From Eledone cirrhosa (taxonomy: Eukaryota): DNA of 64,000 nt. The position numbers were made by a program, and so were the translations under genes. The stretch spans positions 14,136,001-14,200,000 of the forward strand of contig OZ024740.1 of the NCBI GenBank assembly GCA_964016885.1, read 5' to 3'. The stretch's first letter is position 1. Each line of letters starts with the position of its first letter. Shown here piece after piece: positions 53,740 to 64,000 of the stretch. The notes below the pieces were generated by a model. That model saw only the letters and a program-made list of their open reading frames with translations. It searched no databases and was not told the origin of the DNA.

Positions 53740-54424
53740 TCGTTGACAAGTATATTAATGTGCACAGACACACAGATATATTGCCCTTGGTATGACAGTG
53801 TAGTTTTAGCTCAATGTAGGATAACTAATATGCTACAGAGCCGTTATACATTTAGGAATAACTAAAGAGTGCTTAGAAATACATTGTTTTATTTGCTAAC
53901 AGTGTTTCATCCATACCCTAGGGCAGGAATTATCGGAGCTTATAAACAAAAATGTATCAAAGGTTGCAGGCTCCATCGAGCTCTGTTACCAGAACAAGGA
54001 TAAAGGACAAGTAGGGGGGTCTCAAGGCCAGCGCTGTACACACAATACATGATACATATCATGTCATAAAAAATTACATCAAAAGCCTATCACATAAATG
54101 GTGCAATAGTGTTATTCAGCATCATTCATTTCTTGCTCTCCTCTCTCAACCTCCTTATGATCTATTGCACCATTTATGTGATAAGCTTTTGATGTAATTT
54201 TTTATGACATTATATGTATAATGTATTGTGTGTTATTCTATACAGCGCTGGCCTCGAGACACCCCTACTTGTCCTTTATCCTTGTTCTGGTGACAGAGCT
54301 CGATGGAGCCTGCAACCTTTGATACATTTTTGTTTATAAGCTCCGATGATTCCTGCCTTAGGGTATGGATGGAACACTGTTAGCAAATAAAACAATGTAT
54401 TTCTAAACACTCTTTGGTTATTCC

Positions 54425-54426
<2 letters not shown>
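53740..54426. repeat. Fold-back element (~260-bp arms) with mutated hammerheads and left-arm tail
   Basis: 53853-54109 is the approximate reverse complement of 54162-54426. Consensus GCT-CCGATGA-stem II-GAAA-C(ACT)G-TT-AGC at 53895-53939 (minus) and 54340-54384 (plus). Confidence 0.88.
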
Positions 54427-54498
<72 letters not shown>

Positions 54499-55243
54499 GA
54501 TGAACTCCTTGACTGTTATCATCCATCATTACGGCCTCGCTTGTGATATCTTAGTAAAGGTTGATCTACTGTCAAATAAATATATATTACGTCTGGACAT
54601 AATGGAATTCCCATCGTCACAGCCTCCGTATCTCTCACTCTCCCCCGTCTCTCACTACTATGAGCAAATGGGGTCTCACGCGCTGGCCGCTCCGCGGTCT
54701 CGTTGGGCAGAATAGAGAAGGCGTTTCCAGTGCAGCAGAGCCTGGATTAGTCGTAGACTGCACCAGGCTACCCCTTGTAAATCAAAGATGATGACCAGAA
54801 TTAGTAACTTAACACCTTTGGCCCAGCGACCTAATTCCACCACCTACTACTAACTGGCCGAATCCCCCGCCCCTAGCTTGCCCATGTTAGTACATCATAT
54901 GCTTGCTTATAGCCGGCCTAGTAACATATTATGGCGAACATATCAAAAACAAAAACAAAATAATATTACACCTTAATACCTGCGGGATGATAACACATCA
55001 AATGATTGTTACACAGCGAATTTGATGTCTTAGAAATATGCATAACAGGATGCTAGAATAAACTGAAGTTGTAATCGTGATAACGGGTCTCTTCTTTTTT
55101 AATAATATTGACACTGCGTCTGATACTATATAGGTAATACCTTCAGGTACCCAAGCCGTCGAGGGCTTATGTTTGATTACACTAAGTCGGTTGATTAATT
55201 GATCATGAAAAACCGATTACTTGGAATAATATAAATATATGTA

Positions 55244-55320
<77 letters not shown>

Positions 55321-55330
55321 GTGTATATCT

Positions 55331-55385
<55 letters not shown>

Positions 55386-55669
55386 TGTGTGTGTGTGTAT
55401 ATATATATATATACCCTCACTCATCAAACCTCACACACCTTCACACAAATTACATTTTTATTTGTTGTTTTCGCGTTAATATGTGTAATTATTTGCCAAG
55501 TATGTGTGTAGGTTGGTAAATACACACACATACACACACACAAACACACACACAACACACACACATATGTGTGTGTGTGTCCTAGTATGGTGGTAGGTGA
55601 GAGAATGAATTATTTAATCAATTAATTCCACTAATTATTTTCACTAATGATTAACTTCATTACTCATCT

Positions 55670-55756
<87 letters not shown>

Positions 55757-55782
55757 GTGTAGGTGTCACGACAAAAAAACAC

Positions 55783-56453
55783 ACAGTCCACGCTGTAATG
55801 TGGCCGTGTAGGTAACACGGTAAAAACCTCCCAGTCCACACTGTAAATGTGGTTGGTGTTAGGAAGGGCATCCAGCCGTAGAAAACCCGCCAGACAGTCC
55901 ACGCTGTAATGTGGACGTGTAGGCAACACGGTAAAAACCTCCCAGTCCCACACTGTAAATGTGGTTGGTGTTAGGAAGGGCATCCAGCTGTAGAAAACCC
56001 GCCAGACAGTCCACGCTGTAATGTGGACGTGTAGGCAACACGGTAAAAACCTCCCAGCCCCACACTGTAAATGTGGTTGGTGTTAGGAAGGGCATCCAGC
56101 TGTAGAAAACCCGCCAGACAGTCCACGCTGTAATGTGGACGTGTAGGCAACACGGTAAAAACCTCCCAGTCCACACTGTAAACGTGGTTGGTGTTAGGAA
56201 GGGCATCCAGCTGTAGAAAACCCGCCAGACAGTCCACGCTGTAATGTGACCGTGTAGGCAACACGGTAAAAACCTCCCAGACCCACACTGTAAATGTGGT
56301 TGGTGTTAGGAAGGGCATCCAGCCGTAGAAAACCCGCCAGACAGTCCTATGCGAGCAAGACAACCACTCTTGCCTCAAGTAGGAAAACTCCCGTCCAAAC
56401 CCATGCAAGCGTGGAACACGGACGTTAAACGATGATGATGATGATGATGATGA
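55783..56453 (+). mobile_element. SINE with five tandem 111-112-bp internal units, then 3' end and (GAT)n tail
   Basis: Units start at 55783, 55894, 56006, 56118 and 56229 and contain GGTTGGTGTTAGGAAGGGCATCCAGC. Ends GGACGTTAAACGATGATG. Confidence 0.85.
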
Positions 56454-56648
56454 TATATGTGTGTGTGGGTGTGTGTGTATGCATCCGTGTATACATATAT
56501 ATATATAGACATATACATACAAACACACACGCGTACACACAAATATACACATGTACACACAAATATATACATATACATATACACATAATATATCTGAGTG
56601 TTTGTGTATGCGTACAGGCATACTACACTTAGACACAAACACATACAT

Positions 56649-56746
<98 letters not shown>

Positions 56747-56845
56747 TGTGTATATATGTATATATATATTATACCGCCTACGGACGCATTTACCTATATA
56801 TATATATATTTACCTATATATACTCACACACACACACACACACAG

Positions 56846-56989
<144 letters not shown>

Positions 56990-56999
56990 TGTTTCTGAA

Positions 57000-58105
57000 T
57001 TTGTTTAGCAAGATTCTTTATCTGAAAACGTGTGTTGAAACCGATATTGTTATGCTTTGGGAGGGTCATGTTGCCAATAAGAAACACACGCACCAGTTGC
57101 TTTCACTTCAATTTATTATAATAAATTTATAAATTTAGGAATTTATAAATTTCCGGTTTGTTGGTTGGTTCCACAACCAGATGATTGTTTATATATTGTC
57201 AAAGTTCTTTCGTCACACATTCTGTGACCTCTTCAGTGACTGGGGATTCTTTTCTTTGTTTTTGTGTCTCTCCTTTGTTCTGTCCTACGCCATCTTGTTT
57301 TTGTGTGTGTGTTGTGTGCTTAGTTTGCGCATGTGTTACATCCAGGTGTCTGTGTGTGTTTATATTCGTTTATATATTTGTTTATTTACATGTTACTGGT
57401 TGGTTGTTTGTTCTATGTGCGTGTGTGTTTTCATTTTGTCCTTAATTGTAAGTTGTGATGTTGCTGTTCCACTCATGTTTTCTATTTAATTTTAGTTGGA
57501 GTTCATTTATGTTTATTGCCTCTGTGATTTGTCTAAACATTGCGTCTTTTCTGTGTGTAGATTCTATTTTTATTTCTATGTTCTCTAATTTACCCTTATG
57601 TTCTATTTTAGCATGTTGGTAGAGTACAGATGATCCTTTACTATCTTGAAGGTCTCGCCAGTGTTCATTTATCCGTTCCCCTATACTACGAGCTGTCTCA
57701 CCTATGTACACTATATTTTTATCTCTACATTGTCCTTCAGTACATCTTATGCTATATACTACATTTCTAGTTTTACAGTTAATATGGGGGCTTAATTTAC
57801 AGATTATACATTTCTTATCTATACAGGGAGGTCTTTGAAAAGGGTATGTATTGCTAATAAGTGTTTTTATGGAGGTACCTGGTCTTTCTAGTATCTTAAT
57901 ATTGAGTTTATGTTTATCTAGGGCCCTTCTAAATTTGTAAGCTAATTCACCTCTAGGGGTTGTATCGATGAACATTACACTCTGGTATTTATTGCTATCA
58001 TACCATGAATTTATTCTATTAGCCTTATTCCTAGTTCTTTCTATTCTATTCCAAAATTTGCTTCTATACAAGGGGCAGGTCCCATTTGTGTCATTATTTA
58101 CCATT
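57000..58105 (-). mobile_element. PLE 3' fragment (thumb/linker plus GIY-YIG plus terminal repeat)
   Basis: ORF 57442-58104 followed by the terminal-repeat family and (TA)n. Confidence 0.88.
57442..58104 (-). CDS. GIY-YIG endonuclease domain of a Penelope-like element (5'-truncated)
   Basis: PCIDKKCIIC..CKTRNVVYSIRC..C..YIGETARSIGERINEH..H..H..RQITEAI.I..LNRKHEW. Confidence 0.85.
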   Translation of the reverse strand: MVNNDTNGTCPLYRSKFWNRIERTRNKANRINSWYDSNKYQSVMFIDTTPRGELAYKFRRALDKHKLNIKILERPGTSIKTLISNTYPFQRPPCIDKKCIICKLSPHINCKTRNVVYSIRCTEGQCRDKNIVYIGETARSIGERINEHWRDLQDSKGSSVLYQHAKIEHKGKLENIEIKIESTHRKDAMFRQITEAININELQLKLNRKHEWNSNITTYN

Positions 58106-58112
58106 TTTTTCC

Positions 58113-58251
58113 CGTGGTAGTAGTAGTAGTAGTGGTGGTGGTGCTGGTAGTGGTAGTAGTAATGGTGGTCGTGGTAGTTGTGGTAGTAGTTGTGGTGGTG
58201 GTGGTGGTAGTCGTGGTAGTAGTAGTGGTGGTAGTAGTAGTGGTGGTGGTG

Positions 58252-58301
<50 letters not shown>

Positions 58302-59295
58302 GGTGGTAGTGGTGGTAGTCGTAGTAGTATTGGTGGTGGTGATAGTGGGGGTAGTAGTAGTAGTAGTAGTGGTGGTGGTGGTAGTGGTGGTAGTAGTAGT
58401 GGTGGTGGTGGAAGTGGTGGTAGTAGTAGTAGTAGTGGTGGTGGTGGTAGTAGTGGTAGTAGTATTAGTGGTGATCGTAGTGGTGGTAGTAGTTATGGTG
58501 GTGGTGGTAGTAGTAGTGGCGGTGGTGGTGGTAGTAGTTGTGGTGGTGGTGGTAGTAGTAGTGGTGGTAGTAGTAGTAGTGGTGGTGGTGGTGGTAGTGG
58601 TAGTAGTAGTAGTAGTAGTGGTGGTGGTGGTAGTGGTGATAGTAGTAGTAGTAGTGGTGGTGGTGGTAGTGGTGGTAGTAGTAGTAGTAGTGGTGGTGGT
58701 GGTAGTGGTGGTAGTAGTAGTAGTAGTGGTGGTGGTGGTGGTGGTGGTAGTGGTGGTAGAAGTAGTAGTAGTGGTGGTGGTGTTAGTGGTAGTAGTAGTA
58801 GTAGTAGTAGGGGTTGTGGTGGTGGTAGTGGTGGTAGTAGTCGTAGTAGTGATAGTGGTGGTAGTGGTAGTAGTAGTAGTAGTGGTGGTGGTGGTGGTGG
58901 TGGTGGTGGTGGTGGTGGTGTTAGTGGTGGTGGTGGTAGTGGTGGTAGTAGTAGTAGTAGTAGTGGTGGTGGTGGTTGTAGTGGTGGTAGTAGTAGTACT
59001 GGTAGTGGTAGTAGTAGTAGTAGTACTGGTAGTGGTGGTAGTGGTAGTAGTAGTAGTAGTGGTGGTGGTGGTGGTGGTAGTGGTAGTAGTAGTAGTGGTG
59101 GTGGTGGTAGTGGTGTAGTAGTAGTGGTGGTGGTGGTGGTGGTAGTGGTGGTAGTAGTAGTGGTGTATTGGTAGTGGTGGTAGTAGTAGTAGTGGTGGTA
59201 CTGGTGTTTGTGGTAGTGGTGGTGGTAGTGGTGGTAGTAGTAGTGGTGGTGGTGGTAGTGGTGGTAGTGGTGGTAGTGGTGGTGGTGTAGTGGTT
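58113..59295. repeat. (GGT/AGT)n compound trinucleotide array
   Basis: Seen directly. Confidence 0.97.
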
Positions 59296-59772
59296 CTGTT
59301 AATATATCATTGTTTGGGAAATAAATAGAAATATTCTGGTGAAAAAGATTTTCTCTGTCAAGATTTGCGAAGAAGATTGAAGACTGAAGTGTGGAGACTG
59401 ACAGACTGGTGAATAAGATGGCAGCGAAATGGTTGTCTTAACTACCTCCTCCTCTCAGAAGATAGCCGTCAACGAAGAAAGGTTATATAGCCTTATCTCA
59501 CCAGATAGACAATATAGATACACCACCTCCCTTGTACACAGACTAGGACTTTCGTTGGAGGTGGTCATGTAGAGAGTGACACACTTCTCACCTTCTTAAC
59601 ATTGATCTAGAGAGGAATATCCAGGAGAGAACAGTTGCAGAGAGGGGAGAGAGAAGGGGAGAGACTGAGAGAGAAAGAGAGAAGATTGAGAGAGAGAGGG
59701 AGAGAACGAAAGAGAGAGAGAGAGTTAGAGAGAGACAGAAAGAGAGAGGGAGAAAATGAGAGAGAGAGAATG

Positions 59773-59849
<77 letters not shown>

Positions 59850-59857
59850 GAGAGAGA

Positions 59858-59923
<66 letters not shown>

Positions 59924-60004
59924 AAAAACAGGCTGGTTCACCATCATGCATGATTATGAAAAATAAAACGCATATGTGGAAAGACAGGGCTGATATATAT
60001 ATAT

Positions 60005-60140
60005 AACGAAGGAAATGTGGTAAGGAACCAAGTGGACCATAACGCACCAAAGTACTCAATACTTAGAGTAGTAGAGTAGGTAATAGGAACGAGTAGGACC
60101 CCGACGGCTGAGCTCAAGCCGTTTCGACCGCTAATTCTAT
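60005..60140 (-). repeat. PLE pLTR fragment with hammerhead 3' half (family of 8697, 35783, 47140, 31681)
   Basis: Reverse complement: GAAACGGCTTGAGCTCAGCCGTCGGGGTC. The tail is homologous to 35783-35870. Confidence 0.75.
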
Positions 60141-60354
60141 ATATATGTATATATATATATATAGAGAGAGAGAGTGATATATATATATATATCGCATTGC
60201 CTGGAAGCTTAGCTGAGAATAGACTCCCTGATGACGTAAGGTTTCTCTGTGGTAACGCTCCGTAACCATATTTATCCCCTTACAGAAACTAATTAGTTGG
60301 AGTGAAATTTTAGTAAGTAAGTCAATTTTCATAACTTTCTCATTTACGTCTTTC

Positions 60355-60389
<35 letters not shown>

Positions 60390-60589
60390 GAGAGAGTTGT
60401 ACCAGTCATATGATGGTGTGGTTTTCTCAATTCTGAAATGAAAGCCAATGTTGACCACGGTAGTATTTCCACTCTAGAACGACCCAATAGTATTTAGTCC
60501 AAGGGTCCACCAGCTCCCTTATTACGTCTATTACTGAACAGTAACCGGTAGAGTCTCCCACAACATGCTTTACGACACACAGTTTCGGC

Positions 60590-60768
60590 CCTTTACGTTC
60601 TGATTTCAAATCCCGCCGAGGTTAGCTTTGCCTTTCATCCTTATGGGGTCGATAAGTACCAGTTATGAACTGGGGTCGGTAAGTACCAGTTATCAACTGA
60701 GGTCTATTACATCGACTTCCCCCTTCCCTTCAAATTACTGGGCTTGTTTCCAACGTAGAACCAATTAT
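60590..60768 (+). mobile_element. tRNA-derived SINE fragment
   Basis: TTCAAATCCCGCCGAGG..GCCTTTCATCC..GGGGTCGAT. Confidence 0.8.
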
Positions 60769-60821
60769 TGAACAACAATCAATGATAATCTTTAATTACG
60801 CTAACGTCTCTTAATATATAA

Positions 60822-61005
60822 TTATTTCTACTTTTGGCACAAGGCCAGCAATTACCCAGTGCATTACTGGTACTTTATTTTATAGACCCCGTAAGGATGA
60901 AAAGCAAAGTTAACCTCGGTGGGATTTGAACTCAGAAAAGCAAGGGCCATAACTCTATGCTGCAAAGCTTGGCGTCCGACCCTCTACCGATACTGCCAAT
61001 CCATC
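60822..61005 (-). mobile_element. tRNA-derived SINE
   Basis: Reverse complement homologous to 45643-45825. Confidence 0.85.
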
Positions 61006-61124
61006 AATCTCTTAATATATAATGACTTTCTAATATCTATATTTATCTCAATAATTAAAATCTTCATTATCTCATAATGACTCTAAAATACCTCATTTGT
61101 CTAATTATCTATTGACCCCCCCCC

Positions 61125-61264
<140 letters not shown>

Positions 61265-61284
61265 CCCGTGAGTCAATCAGGATG

Positions 61285-61323
<39 letters not shown>

Positions 61324-61439
61324 ATATACAAAAGGCTTCTATATATATATATATATATATATACATAACCTCCCCCATGTATATATATATATGTGTGTGT
61401 GCATACATGCAAATATACCCATCCCCCCCTCATATATGT

Positions 61440-62350
61440 ATCCCCAAGACCTGCCAAGCTTATGGATGTTATGCAACCATTTTGCTCGGGGTCTACTCCT
61501 GGGTCTCCTGCCAGTTGGTTTTGCCCGTAAAATCTGTCCACCGATTCTTTCTTGAGACATTCTAACCACATGACCATAGTATCAGAGCTGTGATCTCTCA
61601 ATTTGGAGAAGTAGTGGCTCTCTACCTGAAGCAACTCTCTGATCTCCGAGATACTCTATCAAGTAACCTTACTCCAAAGGCCCTTCAGAGGAATCCCATT
61701 TCGGCCGCTTGTATTCGCGATTGTATTTTTTCGGTCATTACCCAAGATCCACGACCATGGGTAGGGGTTGGCACGAATACCGAATTGAAGATAGCGAGTT
61801 TGTCTTTTACACCTGCCTCCCTTCTTCTGATTACTGAATGGTGAAGCTGGCACATTACTGCACCAGCTCCTGCAATTCTTGTACGTAATTCAGCCTCCTG
61901 CCTTCCATCACTCATGAACACCAAGATACTTGAACCTCCCCATCTGCTTCAGTGGAAGACCATTCACATGTAGAGTGCACTAATGAACTTCCCCATCCTC
62001 TTCAGTGGAACTCCATTCACATGTAGAGTGCACTAATGAACTTCCCCATCCTCTTCAGTGGAACTCCATTCACATGTAGAGTGCACTAATGAACTTCCCC
62101 ATCTGCTTCAGTGGAACTCCATTCACATGTAGAGTGCACTAATGAACTTCCCCATCTGCTTCAGTGGAACTCCATTCACATGTAGAGTGCACTATGCAGG
62201 CTTCCTTGAAAGGGCGAGTGTTTCAGTCTTCATACCACTGATCTGCATTCCAGCCATGCAACACTCGGCATGAAACCTATTAAGTGCAGGTCGGAGAAAC
62301 CTATTAAGTAACACCATGTCGTCTGCAAATTCCAGCCAACTGATTTTATA
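61440..62350 (-). mobile_element. RTE-clade LINE RT fragment (second family) containing a 53-bp tandem repeat
   Basis: [66 protein letters not shown]. Confidence 0.85.
61931..62194. repeat. 53-bp tandem repeat x5
   Basis: Units start at 61931, 61984, 62037, 62090 and 62143. Confidence 0.95.
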
Positions 62351-62585
62351 CTCGCCTCATTTTGGTCATTCCATGAGAGTATCTTGGTCAACCTATGAAC
62401 CTTTTAGCTTATGAAGGACTGATGCTAGAGCTGTGAAATCTTGCATGCATTAATTTCAACTCTTATTAACAACTACATTGATACTTTCCAGGGCTATGTT
62501 AAAAATTAAACCTAATTTGGTTATCCCATGAGAGTATCTTGGTCAGCCTATGAATTCTTCATCCAACCCTCATATATACATCAAG

Positions 62586-62914
62586 CCGTATATACAGCCA
62601 CCCGTATATACAGCCAGCCGTATATACAGCCACCCGTATATACAGCCACCCGCATATACAGCCACCCGTATATACAGCCATCCGTATATACAGCCAGCCG
62701 TATATACAGCCATCCGTATATACAGCCACCCCTATATACAGCCACCCGTATATACAGCCACCCGTATATACAGCCATCCGTATATACAGCCAGCCGTATA
62801 TACAGCCATCCGTATATACAGCCACCCGTATATACAGCCATCCGTATATACAGCCATCCGTATATACAGCCAGCCGTATATACAGCCATCCGTATATACA
62901 GCCAGCCGTATATT
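62586..62914. repeat. 16-bp minisatellite (CCGTATATACAGCCAN) ~20 copies
   Basis: Seen directly. Confidence 0.95.
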
Positions 62915-63237
62915 AGCCGAAAGTTCGGCAGAGCTGGAATTAAAGAGTCAGGCAATTAACACAGTAATTAATTTACGTCATAAATTAATTTGTTGACGTT
63001 AAAGAAAAGCTTCTTAATAAACAGTTCTGTTTTTCACACACAGCCACACATATATATATACACACATTCAAACACATATATAAATACATATGCACATATA
63101 CACATTCACACACATAGACATACACACAAATACACACATATACATATGAGCAAACACATATAGAGATGTATGTTTGTGTATGTATGTAAGCATATATGTG
63201 AGCGAATGCATATATATATGTATGTATGTATGATTAT

Positions 63238-63825
63238 GTCAGGTCACCAGTTGGTGCTACTGGTAACATGTATCCCAGTATAACCTGTCTCATGGTCGGG
63301 TCGTTGGCGACTAAACTGGCAACCCCACCAAGGTTTCTTGGTGAGGAGGGTGGCTTTGGACATCCTGCAGGACTAAAAACAAAATCTGTCAACAGGCAAA
63401 GGGGCTCCTAAGAGTCAATGGCCATCCAAAATCATCGGGAGAGATGACCCCTTAGCCTTTGTCAAGGTAGAATTCTAGGAGGACAACTCTGATATAGCAC
63501 CTGCAACCCTGATGGTATCCAATGATGTTGACTTGTTCTTCTTTTTGGTAAATATCATCTTGGTTAAGAGAGTGGGACTGGCTTTGTGCAGTGCCTTTGC
63601 TCACTATAAAAGCTTCATGGATCTGGAGATCTCTGCACTTGTCGTCACATGGTACCATGTGCCCAGCACTATGTGTCATTAATTGTCACAGGTGTAGTGT
63701 TTGTACCAGAGTTTTCAAGTCGCTGGCTGGACTAAAAAGTCACACTCGTTCAACGCATCGGTAGGGGTTCTCCTACATGGATATAAAGTAGTGGCCGTAC
63801 TCGAAAACGAGTTGGCAGCCACCAT
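63238..63825 (+). mobile_element. Non-autonomous RTE-related element, copy 5
   Basis: Homologous to 11699-12300, followed by long (ATGT)n. Confidence 0.8.
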
Positions 63826-64000
63826 GTATGTATGTATGCATGTATGTATGTATGTATGTATGTATGTATGTATGTATGTATGTATGTATGTATGTATGTA
63901 TGTATGTATGTATGTATGTATGTATGTATGTATGTATGTATGTATGCATGCATGCATGTATGTATGTATGTATGTATGTATGTATGTATGTATGTATGTA

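Noticed and set aside
53585-54730. Outer inverted repeat (GGAAACGCCTTCTC.ATTCTG.CC) around the 53853 fold-back
   Set aside because: Only ~24 bp match clearly; could be two diverged copies of another repeat.
58086-59174. 362-aa Gly/Ser-rich ORF (loricrin/keratin-like)
   Set aside because: Pure (GGT/AGT)n array; the alternative frame is poly-Val, and there is no signal peptide or unique flanking coding sequence.
59330-59600. Promoter or first exon (AAGATGGCAGCG)
   Set aside because: The ORF stops after 7 codons and a single motif is insufficient evidence.

Overview
AT-rich, microsatellite-saturated animal DNA. The SINE and repeat content resembles octopus/cephalopod genomes (inference). I could not support any host protein-coding gene; almost everything recognisable is retroelement-derived. 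The window holds (i) Penelope-like elements (PLEs): two large Naiad-type RT+GIY-YIG copies and several endonuclease-only fragments; (ii) R4/Dong-type REL-endonuclease non-LTR elements sitting in (TACA)n; (iii) RTE LINEs plus five copies of a ~0.6-kb non-autonomous element sharing the RTE 3' end; (iv) tRNA-derived SINEs, a CR1/L2 fragment, HINE-like and hAT-like non-autonomous elements, and satellites. The most striking signal is a dense set of head-to-head fold-back elements from many unrelated sequence families (total span 0.14 to 6.4 kb). They are bounded by (TA)n, usually carry an outward-facing minimal type I hammerhead ribozyme motif on each arm, and have an unpaired tail on one arm only. 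About 20 complete or partial hammerhead motifs are readable, including U3:A8 compensatory-core and U4C variants. All ribozyme calls were folded by eye and activity is untested.
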